A DNA stretch of 64,000 nucleotides from the human T2T-CHM13v2.0 reference genome, Homo sapiens. Position 1 is the stretch's first letter; each line of letters starts with the position of its first letter. Positions 14,444 to 28,724 of this stretch are shown here, one piece after another. Location of the stretch: NCBI RefSeq assembly GCF_009914755.1, contig NC_060929.1, one strand, 5' to 3'. Under the pieces are notes generated by a model that saw only the letters and a program-made list of their open reading frames with translations, searched no databases and had not been told where the DNA came from. Made by a program: the position numbers and the translations under genes.

Positions 14444-15580
14444 GTCTGTTATCGTTAGAGTTGGGAAGAATGGTAAAAATCATCTTCTTCACTTTGCAGT
14501 TGAGGAAACAGGCCCAGAGAGGTTCAGTACCTCATTCAAGGACACAGTGTATAAGTTGTAAATCACGTTCAGGGGCCACCTCCAGCCCCCAGGCCAGCTG
14601 GTTGCATTAGGAGAAACCTCCACGTCATTAGTCATTCCTCCTTCAGCTCCAAAAACCTCTCCGAGGAGAAAGCCGGGGTAGAGCAACCAGAGCTTTGCTT
14701 TTCCTCTAAGCCAGGGGAGAAGTAGTGGTGGGAGGGTTGTTTGACTCATTTTTTTCTCACTCTGCATGGTGTATTTGGCTCAGTTTCTCAAACCATATGG
14801 AAAAAGACTCACCCACCACGTGCCACACCTATTGGAAAAGCTCAATCTGGAAAGGGGGATAATTAAAGAGGGCAGAATTGCCTCCCAGGCCGAATGAGAT
14901 GGCGCTTTCCCTCATCCTTCAGGCTCCCACGTACCCCTTGCCCTTCTCCACAGGTGCCCTGTGCCCTGGTGGAGAAGAGATGGTGACGGAAATCTTTTGC
15001 TTCCCTGGGGAGTTCAGTCCTATCCCATTGAACAGCTCTGGGCATTGGCATCTAGCCCATTTCAAAAACAATCCCAAGCTATTTATTGAGAACCAGCTTA
15101 TGTTTGGAGCCAGGGATATGGCTCTAGACATATCTTGGATTACCTCCTAGGATAGGGAAATGAGATCACCTCAAAGAAATCTCAGGGAAATGTTTGGAGG
15201 AAAAAATGAAAATACGCCAATGGCAGCCCTGAAAAGGCACTACTGACTATAAGCAGCTCTTTCTCTGCCCAGGTGATGTAAACTCCTACTTCCTTCCCTT
15301 TTCCCTGCTGCAGAACCCTGGAACTGATGAAGGAGGGACCAGGAGATAAAGGCTGGCATATTCTGAGTGTTTGATAAATATTGGCTTGAAGAAGGAAGGA
15401 AGGGATGTCATGCCCACAGACTCAAAGTGGCAGGAGTTAGGTAAAGAAGGAAAAGGGAGCCTATGATGTCTTAGCATTCTACCAAAGACTGGAAGAAGAG
15501 AGGCCAAAGCAAAAGACTGAGGGGAGAGAAAGAGAGAGACACTTGCTAATATAGTCCAGGAATGAGAAAACAGGAAAATA

Positions 15581-15830
15581 TTTTTTCTCTGTTTTACATT
15601 TTTTTCCATAAGTTATTGGGGTACAGGTGGTGTTTGGTTACATGCGTAAGTTCTTTAGGGGTGATTTGTGAGATTTGGGTGCACCCATCACCTGAGCAAT
15701 ATATACTGCACCTTATTTGAGTTCTTTTATCCCTCGCACCCTTCCCCCGAAGCCCCCAAAGTCTATTGTATCATTCTCATGCCTTTGCATCTTCATAGCT
15801 TAGCTCCCACATATCAGTGAGAACATACAA
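15581..15830 (-). mobile_element. L1 (older primate L1PA/L1PB) 3'-end fragment
   Basis: ttattggggtacaggtggtgtttggttacatg...cttagctcccacatatcagtgagaacatac is the antisense L1 3' UTR. Confidence 0.85.
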
Positions 15831-16323
15831 CGGAGAAAACATTAAAATAAATAAAGAGAGAAACACATAACAAAAGTCACACGACATAACAGAATTTCAG
15901 ATATAAATAAGCAGCTAATAAAGAGAATCTTCCCTACGTTGGGTTCCTTTCCATCCCTCAAGTCTCTGACCTCCCATGAGGTCATAACATAATTCTTTTC
16001 CTTCATCACGTTTACTCCAGCTTGCAATTATATATTTATGTGTGTTTATAAGTCTGATCTTTGTTTCCTCAACTAGATTGTAAGCTCCATGAAGGGTCTT
16101 GACCATACCTAGCATGGTCGGCACTCAAAAAAATATTTGTTGAAAGCAAAAAAGGAATGAATGATGACTAGAGCTGGGAAGTCAGACCAGAAGCTATAAC
16201 AGCAGGCCTATTACCCCTCTCTCCTAAGCTTCCTTATTTATTGAGCACTTATTATTTTCCAGGCATTCCACTAAGTATTCTACATTGTTTATCACATTAA
16301 TCGTCTCCAAAACCATGAGGAAG

Positions 16324-16862
16324 TGTGCTCAGGGGTCCCAAGATCACCTTCACTTTCAGTTATTCACTAGAAGGACTCACACAACTCAGCAAAGCCATTA
16401 TACTCATGGTTATAGTTTATTCCAGTGAAAGAAAATAAGTTAGTCAGCAGTGGAAAAAGGCACATTAGGGCAGAGTCCAGGAGCTTCCATAAAGCTTCCA
16501 GTTGTCCTCTCCCAGTGGAGTCATGCAGACAGCATTTCTTTTTACCAGAGACTTGCTGTCCAGGATTTTACTGGAGATTTCATTGTGTGATGACATTTAC
16601 CATCTCAGACCACCCATGTGGCTGCCCTCAGTCTCCAGCCCCTCCAGAGGTCAAGCTTCTACCGTTTGGCCCAGAGCCCCCACCATAAGTCACATTGTTA
16701 GCTTAGACTATCTCGTGTGACCCAAGGCCTCCAGGTAGACAAAATCTCTCTGATCAGCCAAAATATTCTAAGGACTTAGAGGTTATCTCCCAGGCAAGAG
16801 CCAAAACTTTTGTCAGAATATGCAGGGTTTGGATAACCCAGACTTGCTGAGTTTGCTGCACA
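16324..16862. mobile_element. MER21-like LTR
   Basis: caggggtccccaagatcaccttcac...actagaaggactcacacaactcagcaaagccattatactcatggttatagtttatt; ends approximate. Confidence 0.65.
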
Positions 16863-19800
16863 GGGAAATAACAGTATTAGCCCCAATTTGTGGATGGTCC
16901 AAACTAAGGATCAGGGATGCTAAATGTTTTGGCCAAAGTTACAAAAGCCAGAATGCAAACCAACATCCCACTTGATTCTAACATGAGTTCTTAACTATTG
17001 CATCCTAGTACCTCTCCTGAAGTAAAGTTTTCTATGAAAAAAAACAAAAACAAAAAACTCACGCAGAGTGTCTTATAAAACTGGTCTCAAATCTGAATGT
17101 CGGATTTAGGGATTTCCACTTGGTAAGATCACTGTGAGCTTTCTGCTGATCTCAAGCACCCAGAAGTGGATCATCTGGGATTTGCCAAGGCCAGGTGGAT
17201 CTGATCCTCCTGTTGGGTGAGCACTGGGGTTTGCATAGTGTCTCCCTCCTTATCAGAGAAGAGAAAACATACACAAGGGCTAACCAGCCCTTTCTAATAT
17301 TTACTCTATTTCCCCCAACAAATCTGCTCCAAAAAGATTATCACTATGAGCGAAGGAGGCACAGTGGCTTCGTTGGTTAAGCAGCAACTACAAAGTTAGG
17401 GTACAGTACAATTTTTGACCCCTTACCTTATCAGTGGAGTGAACCCACAGGGAAAGTTACATTTCCCTTGCCCAGCATTCCCAAGACACGTGGGCTCTTC
17501 CAGCAAAGTGCCCCAGATGCAATTATGCAAATCATGTTCACAAAATAAAACTTCTGAAAAGCGAGTCAGCAAAGAAACCTGTGTGATTTTGCTGATTCAG
17601 TGATGCCTAACTTTTTGAGTATGGAACCTTTGTGTAAGTGTGTATAACACCAAATCATTAAAATTGGGGGATGTTTAGAAAACATGATGAAAACAATCCT
17701 TCTTTTCCCTAGCTCATCCAATAGATCTGCACTTGAGTAATTCTTATCAGCCATTTGTATTAACCTTGCATGCATTCTATGTATCTGAGAACAGTAATTC
17801 CTGAATGTTTTCAGAGCAATTCACTCATTCATTCATCAAGCGTTTCTTAAACACCTACTTGTGTACAGTGTTCAAAGATAGAGAGGCAGAGATGCTTCAG
17901 ACACAAATCCTGAATTCTCCAGCAGCAGATAACTTAGCCTGGGAAATGATACATAACTTGAGTCAAAGGCCAGGATGGTTTTGGTTTTGGGCTGCATTCT
18001 CCAGTGATGGGCAATCTCATGACCAGCTCAGGGAAGTAAACCATTGATAAGCCATTAGCTCAGCATATTGATGTTGGTCCCACCTGATGCGAGGAGTAGA
18101 GAGAACCAGGCCAACCTTTCTAAATTGGTGGGAAGCATTGCCAGGGTGTGTCAAAGAGCTTATTACACAGTAGCAGGTTGAGTTCTCATCTCAGCTCTGC
18201 TTTTTCCCTTGTATGTGTCACTGTGGTTGATTCTACTCCACTTACATTCCTTTTCTTTTACCCTGTTATCAGCCTTTACCTCCCTTTATTTTTAAAATTG
18301 GAAATAAACTCAGGGCTCACTGGCAGCTGAACGTCCTGCTGTTTCTGAATTTTGCTATTTGGATATTACATTTTTATGAAGTTGGTTGTTTCTGGGTTTC
18401 AAATATGTGCTGGTTAGGACTGGTCCAGTTTCAAGTGTCAAAAAATAACTCCAAGTAATTTAAGTAATCAACAGTAAATTGGGGATATAGAGAATTGGAG
18501 ATCTCATCTAACTGAATAACCAGGCACCATTTAATCTAGGAGTTCAGATTTTATTGTCAGGGCTCTAGCTATCTAGTTACCTATCTAGCTTGCTATATCT
18601 AGTTCTGCTGCCTTCTACAGCTTCTTTCAGGAAAGTGCGTCTACTGGTTGGGAAATATCACCAATATAATAGCCAACATTGAACTACACTATATTGCACT
18701 GGTGGTCCAAAGTCCACAACCTGAAGGCTCATAATTCAAAAGCAATAGAGATTATTTCTCAGTATCTGTATATCAAATCTCAGAGAAAATACTAATTATC
18801 CCTGATTGAGGCACATGCCTCATCACTGTGCTGAGGGTTTGGGATATTCTAACTGGCTAGCCTGGCCCACGTACCCTTGTGTGTATGATGTGGCCAGGGT
18901 GAATAACCTGCCTATCAGAAGGTAAGGAGAGAACAGGTGGTTCCTCACAGAAGGGGATGCTTGGCAAAGCAACAACATAATTTTATTGCTAAAGTGCCTG
19001 CAAGCTCTTGTCTCTGAAGCCTATGCATTATCTTTCTATCAAAATGATTCCTCTTGTGGCTTCCAGACCCTACTGAGGAGACAAATGAATAGGTGAATTA
19101 CAAAAGCATAGAGTCTTGAGCTTTTTAAATATCAGAAAAGGAAAGCATTTTAGGTATACACAAGGAAAAAGAGTTTGGTGATGACCTGACTGTGAGATCT
19201 CCACACAAACTTTATTCCTGTGCCTTCTCGCCCCTGCATCTGTAGAGACAGAAAACAATGATGGGTGAGAAAAGCTAGTGCCAACAATACAACAGGTGAG
19301 AGCTAATGTTGAACTTGGAATCTTTTTCCCTTGAGAGAGCAGTGGGAGACTGGATAGAATCAACCAGCTGAGTCTCTTCAGATGCTTAACTTTTATGTGA
19401 GAGCTCTAGAGTTCAATAATTCATGCTATTACAACCAGCAGCAAGCAAATTGCATTCACATTCGATTCAGATTTTGATTACAAAACAGAGCCCCAAATGA
19501 GTTTTATGATGGAAAAACATGCTAGGTGACTTCAGGTGGATGGCAGACAATAAGAATGGTAAAAACACCCAGGCTTTCAGGTCAAACGAGCCTCAGCCAA
19601 TCTTGGATCTGCCAATACACTGGCTGTGTGACCTTGTTTGGTGACATTTCCCATATCAGAACTTCTGTTTCCTCATCATAAAATAGGATAATACTATCTA
19701 CTTCATAGGGTTTTGAGAGCATATGAATGAGATAATACATGGAAAGTGCAGTAGTGCAATAATGTAAGAAAAATGTCTGTGGCCTGGCAGAACCCCAATA

Positions 19801-20486
19801 AATGTTAATTTCCTTTCCTCTTCAGAGTCATTCACTCTCTCCCTCTCTCTTCCCCTTGCTCCACTGCTTCCTGCTTCCCTCTGCCCTGCTTTGCACTATG
19901 GAAGCCAATGTTTTCTGTGAGTATGAACATAGAAATGAGACTACCAGAGGAGGGATTATCCAAAACGGAGAAAAAGAAGAAAGAGGGTCTTCTTGTTAAC
20001 AATAGAATCTATATATAATTCATTTGCACAATATTTATTTATGTTGAGGGGAGATGGAGAAAAGATGAAAATAGGCAATTAGTACTATTTTAGGGTTTCA
20101 AGGTTGAGGCACCTTCAAAGCAATTTGAGCATTTTGTGCAATTTTAGTTTAATATGCTCTCTCAGTAAGTCATTAAAATATGTAAGCTACTTGCACTGCA
20201 AATATCTTTCAGAAAAAAGAAAAGAAAGAAAGAAAGCTAGCAATTTACAAAGCCTATAGCCTATGTCAAAACTCCATTCATTGCCCCCATTTGAGTTAGA
20301 ATAAGATATAGCTTAGACCTACAGTAGCATCAAACTTGGTGAGGGAGCTTGATAAAAATGCAGCTACTTGAATCCTACTCCAGGAGATTCTGATCAAATC
20401 AGTCAGGGGTGGGATCAAGGCATTCACATTTTTAACACCTCCCAGATTCTCATAGGGGGAAACCACAGATTATATTTTAAGAAACA

Positions 20487-20786
20487 GGCCTGGTGCAATG
20501 CCTCACGCCTATAATCCTAGCACTTTGGGAGGCCGAGGCAGGTGGATCACTTGACCTTAGGAGTTTGAGACCAGCCTGAACAACATGGTGAAACCCCGTC
20601 TCTGCAAAAAATACAAAAAAAATTAGCCAGGCGTGGTGGTGCACACCTGTAGTCACAGCTACTTGGGGGGCTGAGGCAGGAAGATCACTTAACCTGGGAG
20701 GTTGAGGCTACAGAGGCCAAGACCATGACACTGCACTCCAGCTTGGGTGACAAAGTGAGACCCTGTCTCAAAAAAAGAAAAAGAGA
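20487..20786 (+). mobile_element. Alu
   Basis: Alu dimer with A-rich tail. Confidence 0.95.
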
Positions 20787-20874
20787 ATTGCAGGCTTGGG
20801 CTTGGGGATACTGAGTTCAAATCCTAAATTCATTATTTTCTAGCTTTGTGAACTTGGGCAACTTTTAAATTTTT

Positions 20875-23144
20875 TGTATTAGTCTGTTTTCACACTGCTG
20901 ATAAAGACATACCCAAGACTGGGCAATTTACAAAAGAAAAAGGTTTAATTGGACTTATAGTTCCACATGGCTGGGGAAGCCTCACAATCATGGCAGAAGG
21001 CAAGGAGGAGCATGTCACATCTTACATGGATGACAGCAGGGAGAGAGAGCTTGTGCAGGGGAACTCCTCTTTTTAAAACCATCAGATCTCATGAGACTTA
21101 TTCACTATCATAAGAACAGCACAGGAAAGACTTGCCCCTGTGATTCAATTACCTCCCACTGGGTCCCTCCCACAACATGTGGGAATTCAAGATGAGATCT
21201 GGGCGGGGACAGAGCCAAATCATATCATTCTGCCCCTGGCCCCTCCCAAATCTCACGGCCTCACATTTCAAAACCAATCATGCCTTCACAACAGTCCCCC
21301 AAAGTCTTAACTCATTTCAGCATTAACTCAAAAGTCCATAGTCCAAAGTCTCATCCAAGACAAGGCAAGTCCCTTTCACCTACGAGCCTGTAAAATCAAA
21401 AGCAGGTTAGTAACTTACTAGATACAGTGGGGGTACAGGCATTGGGTGAATACAGCCATTTCAAATGGGAGAAATAGGCCAGAACAAAGGAGCTACAGGC
21501 CCCATGCAAGTCCAAAATCAAGTGGGGCAGTCAAATCTTAAAGCTTCCAAAATTATCTCCTTTGACTCTATGTCTCACATCCAGATCACGCTAATGCAAG
21601 AGGTAGGTTCCCATGGTCTTGGGCAGCTTGGGTACAGCCTTCCTCCCAGCTGCTTTACACAGGCTGATGTTGAGTGTCTGCAGCTTTTCCAGCACACAGT
21701 GAAAGCTGTCAGTGGATCTACCATTCTGTGGTCTGGAGGATGGTGGCCGTCTTCTCACAGCTCCACTAGGCAGTGCCCTAGTAGGGACTCTGTGGGGGGG
21801 CTCTGACCTCACATTTTCCTTCTGCATTGCCCTAGCAGAGGTTCTCCATGACAGCCCTGCCACTGCAGCAAAATTCTGCCTGGACATCCAGGTGTTTCCA
21901 TACATCTTCTGAAATCTAGGCAGAGGTTCCCAAACCTCAATTCTTGACTTCTGTGTACTTGCAGGCTCAACACCAAGTGGAAGCTGCCAAGGCTTGAGGC
22001 TTGCACCCTTTGAAGTCATGGCCCAAACTCTATATTGGCTCCTTTCAGCCACAGCTGTAGCAGCTGAGACACAGGGCACCAAGTCCCTAGGCTGAACACA
22101 GCACGGGGACCCTGGGCCCGGCCCATGAAACCACTTTTTCCTCCTAGGCCTCCAGGCCTGTGATGGGAGGGGCTGCCATGAAGACCTCTGACATGCCCTG
22201 GAGACATGTTCCCACCACCCCCCTGTCGTCTTGGGGATTAACACTCAGCTTATTACTTATGCAAATATCTGCAGCCTGCAGCGGGCTTCAATTTCTCCTC
22301 AGAAAATGGGATTTTCTTTTCTATCACATTGTCAGACTGCAAATTTTCCCAACTTTTATGCTTAGTTTCCCTTATAAAACTGAATGCCTTTAACAGCACC
22401 CAAGTCACCTCTTGAATGCTTTGCTGCTTAGAAATTTCTTCCACCAGATACGCTAAATCAACTCTCTCAACTTCGAAGTTCTACAAATCTCTAGGGCAGG
22501 TGCAAAATGCTGCCAGTCTCTTTGCTGAAACATAACAAGAGTCACCTTTGCTCCAGTTCCCAACAAGTTTCTCATCTCCATCTGAGACCACCTCAGCCTG
22601 GACCTTATTGTTCATATCACTATCAGCATTTTTGTCAATGTCATTCAACAAGTCTCTAGGAAGTTCCAAACTTTCCCACATTTTGCTGTCTTCTTCTGAG
22701 CCCTCCAAATTTTTCCAACCTCTGCCTGTTACCCAGTTCCAAAGCTGCTTCCATATTTTCAGGTATCTTTTCAGCAACACCCCACTCTACTTGTACCAAT
22801 TTATTGTATTAGTCCATTTTCATGTTACTGATAAAGACATGCCTGAGCCTGGGAAGAAAAGGAGGTTTAATTGGACTTACAGTTCCACATGGATGGGGAG
22901 GCCTCAGAATCATGGCAGGAGGTGAAAGGCAATTCTTACATGGCAGCAGCCAGAGAAAATGAGGAAGAAACAAAAGCGGAAACCCTTGATACACCCATCA
23001 GATCTCATGAGACTTTTATTCACAATCATGAGAACAGCACAGGAAAGATTTGCCCCCATGATTCAATTACCTCCCACCAGGCCCTTCCCAAACACGTGGG
23101 AATTCAAGTTGAGATTTGGGTGGGGACACAGCCAAACCATATCA
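20875..23144 (-). mobile_element. Complete THE1 (THE1A-like) MaLR element: LTR 20875-21227, internal region 21228-22804, LTR 22805-23144
   Basis: Both LTRs run tgtattagtc...catatca; about 1.6-kb THE1-int between them; flanks ttttt / ttttc; interrupts a MIR. Confidence 0.93.
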
Positions 23145-25400
23145 TTTTCTGATCCCCAGTTTTTTAATCTAAAAATTGACATTTGAAATAATACACACCT
23201 CAAAGATTGTTGTGAGAATTAGAGAGTGCTTAGCAAAGAGAATTAGAGCACTTAGCAAAGAATCTGGCACAAGAAAGAAGCACTCAGTAAAGGTTAGCTA
23301 TTGATATTATCATTATGCAAATCTAAAGGGGCTTAGATCTTTTCTTCTTTATCTTCTCATTCTCCCTTTCTTTCCTTTTCTCTTTTCTGTTTTTCATAAA
23401 TAATAAAAAAAAAGCCTCACAGTTCATTCAGCAAGGTGGAAGTTTATTTAGCTCTCCACCAAAAGTCTGGATGTGAAGTAATCCAGGATGGGTGTGGAAG
23501 CTCTGAAACCCAGGCCCCTTCCCTATTAGGTGTGGCCCTCGTCCTCAGTATTCAAGATGGCAGCTAGAGCTCTAGGGATCATGTCTGCATTCCACATAGC
23601 AAGATGGAGGAGAGGAAAAGAAAACTCCGGACGGATGCTTCCTAAAGGTTGCTTACTCCCACACTGGCCTGGACTTAATCACCAGAAAGGCTAAAAATGT
23701 GACCAATATTCCAGGTAGTCATGTACCCAGAAAAATGTGATATTACAATGGAAAATTGAGAGGAAGAAGTATGGAGGAACAATTATTGTTCCCTGATGTA
23801 CCCAACCCCGGGGGTCTAACAGATTTGGGTCATTCCCCAGAAACCCATTCTCATCCAGCTTTTACGTGCTTATTTCTCAGGTAGGGAACACCTTCCCCAA
23901 AAAAGTTAGTTGCATAGTTTGCTTATCCTACTCAGCTTGGCTTACTTTCTAAATTCCTCTCATACCTTTTACCTCTCATCCACCAACTTCATTCATTTTC
24001 TAACTGTCCAATTTTAATAAGCAATACAATTATTTTATTATAGAAAAGTTAGAGAACACAGCTAAGCACTTAGAAAAAAAGCGTTTTTTCAATATTCAAA
24101 AATCTCACCACTTAGAGATAACCACTTCTAAAATATTGGCATATAGTCATCTAACATTTTCCCTAGATAAAAAACATACATATGTATTTATAATGAAAAT
24201 CTAGTCTACATAATTATTCTTAACCTCTTCTGTTACACTTAATGGTATATTATCAGTAACGCTCAATATTATTAATTATAGAAAAACATCAATTTTAATG
24301 ACTGCAAAGTTTTTCATTGTATGGGTATGGGTGTATAATAATTTATTCAACCAATTCCCTGTTTATTCCACAGCATTATGTTAAACCCCCTAGCACATAT
24401 ATCTTTGCTCATTTGTCCACCAGTTTCCTGGGGATGAGCTGTGTTCCTGTGGTTTTTTCACCCCTGGGGTCTCCTTACTTATCTGGGGACCAGCAGAAAA
24501 GGACACCTCCACCATTCCATCAGCAAAGTAATGTTGGGTCTTATCTCTACCACTAAGCTGCTCGGAATTCTTCTTTCAAATGATCATTGCGGATTCAGGA
24601 GATCCATGAAGACCTAAATTAATGCCTCTCTATACCCCACTGCATGAATAGCAAGATTATGAACAGCAAGACTGCTACAATGCGAGGTGATTACATAATC
24701 CCACTGCTTGGAAAAGCACAAAATAAAATACGACCTTAGGTGACTGAAGCACTTCCTCTTAGTCTGTTAGAACTTGCAGTTTACCCAGCAGACTTCGAGC
24801 AAGACTGGAGTGAGGCCATTTCTATGTGAAAAAAACAATTTCAATTAGTAAAAATGCATTTGACTGAAATAATTATTTAGACAACTGATTTGACAAACGA
24901 TTATGCTTGAGCTGATTTTTTTTAAAAAACTGACGATTGATCTCTGACTAATTGTTTCTTTGTCTCAGCTGAGCTTCCTAATGATCCAAATGCTCATTTT
25001 ATAAATGAATACAGTTTAAGAAAGATTAAGTAACTTAGCCATGATTACACAAAAGGAAAGAAGTAGAGCCAGAATTCAAAATCAGTATTCAGACCCAGAA
25101 AGAGTCACTGACTCCCATCTCATAGACGTAGAGTCAAGTTCACAGCCCTGTTCCTTGGGTAGTGATTAAGAAAAGGGGTTCCAGCATCAGGTAATCTGAG
25201 TTCATGTCCCATATCTGCCATTTCCCAGTTGTGTCATCTTATGCAAGTTAATAAACCACTCTGTGTCTCTGTCACCCTATCTTATAAATGGGGATGATGC
25301 GTGTCTATCTCCAAGGGCTGCCTAGATTAAATGAGATGATCCACATACACACTTAGCACATAGGAAGTGCTCGGTAATTAGTTATTAATGTTATGTAGGT

Positions 25401-26904
25401 GTCGTCTGAAAACCTTGGCCAAAAGGGTCATAGACATGGCGGTCATCAGGGTTCAGGTGTACATGTGAAGGTTTGTTACACAGGTAAACTCGTATCACGG
25501 GCATTTGTTGTGCAGGTTATTTCATCACCCAGCAATGAATGAGACTTCCTGTTGCTCCTCATTCTCCCCAGCATTTACCATTGTCAATGTCTCAGATTTT
25601 CACCCTGCTAGTAGATGGGAAAACTGACAACCATGCCTGCAAGTCTGATACATGCATCTGTAAATGTACATGGAACCAAAGAAGAGGAATCCAAAAAGCA
25701 GCTAGTGAAACCAGAGCAGCTCCCCGTATATACTGCACCACCGCTCCAGTCTAAATATGTTGAAGAGCAGCCTGGTCATTTATAAATGGGCTTTGCTTCC
25801 ATCTACACTGCAACTGGTCATTATACTGGCTGGTGCAAGGATGTTTATGTCTTTGTGAAAAATGGGATAATGGATACAGTACAATTTGGGAAAGATGCTT
25901 ATGTCTATCTGAAGAATCCTCCTCGAGATTTTCTTCCGAAAATGGGAGTTATTACGGTTTCAGGATTGGTGGGCTTGGTTTCAGCGAGAAAAGGTTTTAA
26001 GTTTAAGAAAATTACTTATCCTCTGGGACTGGCCACTTTATGAGCAACTGTTTGCTACCCAGTTCAGTCAGTAATAATTGCTAAGGTAACAGGGAAAAAG
26101 GTATATGCTACAAGCCAGCAAATTTTTGAAGCAGTTAAATCATTGTGGACAAAAAGCAGCAAAAAAAGAGTCACTCCCTAAACCTAAAGAAAAAAAATTA
26201 AGCTAGGATCCCCCGCCGAAATAGAAGTACCTGCAAAAACAACTCACATCTTGAAATGCTCAGTGCCCTTGCCAACAGAACTCAGCTCTGAAGCAAACAC
26301 CAAATCAGAATCCACCTCAGGTGCTACACAGTTTATGCCTGACCCCAAGTTCATGGATCACAGGTGGTCCCACCCAGAACATATAGACAAGTATAGCACT
26401 GGAACCTGAAGCAGACTGCATAGAGAGACTACATAGAAAACTACAAGATGTATGAAGTTGCAAATAATGATGAAAAAAATCATGTAATGGGTAACTGATA
26501 CATAGAGTATTATTTAAACCAAGTTTTTCCCTTACCTCTCCAAATGTGCAATTTGATAAATTGCATAAGTGGTTAACACACAAACTGTGAATGCAATGCA
26601 AACAATATTAAATGATTGATGAGGAGACTTAGGTAGAAGTATTAGCTTGAATTTAATGAGCTTTAGGGGCCCATAGTTAAAAAAAAAAAAAAAAAGACAT
26701 GAACTCCAGTGAGACTAAAATCTGAAAATGCATATATGTATGTATAAAGACATACATATTTATATGTATAATCATATATTTCTGCTCTAGCTTTCCCTAA
26801 TTAATGTCAGTTAAATTAGAATGGTGTGTAGAAAGATGTGTTTCCCTCTTTTTTTCCATTTCCTAGAGCTGGAATAAAATATCCATGTTTTATGGGAAAA
26901 AAAA
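25401..26904 (+). pseudogene. Processed pseudogene of APOOL (MIC27, MICOS subunit)
   Basis: Intronless translation MAVIR / MGKLTTMPASLIHASVNVHGTKEEESKKQLVKPEQLP...MGFASIYTATGHY...FMPDPKFMDH...YSTGT* resembles APOOL. ATG at 25436, premature stops at 25783-25785 and 26041-26043, frameshifts in A-runs near 26161-26200, native stop at 26407-26409, AATAAA at 26873-26878, A8 at 26897-26904. Candidate TSD aatgttatgtaggt (25387-25400) / agtattatgcaggt (26904-26917), 11 of 14 identical. Confidence 0.93.
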
Positions 26905-26912
26905 GTATTATG

Positions 26913-28393
<1,481 letters not shown>

Positions 28394-28454
28394 TATCTTC
28401 TGTTCCTCTAGACTCTAAGCTAAGTACATATCTTATTGGTCTGTGCCATTGCAG

Positions 28455-28724
28455 GTGCCTCGAGCAAAGGCCTTATGCAACTACAGAGGGCAGAATCCCG
28501 GTGACCTAAGGTTTAATAAGGGAGATATCATCCTTCTCCGGAGACAGCTTGATGAGAATTGGTACCAGGGGGAAATCAATGGCATCAGCGGGAACTTCCC
28601 AGCCAGCTCCGTGGAAGTCATCAAGCAGCTGCCCCAGCCGCCCCCGCTCTGCAGGGCCCTCTACAACTTCGACCTACGAGGCAAGGACAAGAGTGAGAAC
28701 CAGGATTGCCTGACCTTCCTCAAG
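28455..28724 (+). CDS. SH3RF2: SH3RF2 internal coding exon: first SH3 domain and start of second SH3 ([24 protein letters not shown]...QDCLTFLK)
   Basis: Acceptor ttgcag|GTG at 28454/28455 and donor AAG|gtagga at 28724/28725; 270 nt = 90 codons, open; SH3 motifs ALCNY, WYQG, GNFP, ALYNF; peptide matches my recollection of human SH3RF2. Confidence 0.97.

Noticed and set aside
21591-22244. 217-aa ORF and neighbouring ORFs as novel genes
   Set aside because: They lie wholly within the THE1 internal region and are remnants of the MaLR ORF.
25786-26043. 85-aa MIC27-like ORF as a functional gene
   Set aside because: It is bounded by two premature stops within a frameshifted retrocopy.
26679-26695. 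A17 run as the retrocopy's poly(A) tail
   Set aside because: No canonical AATAAA close upstream and no TSD after it. AATAAA at 26873, A8 and the candidate TSD at 26904 fit better, so the run is probably internal to the 3' UTR.
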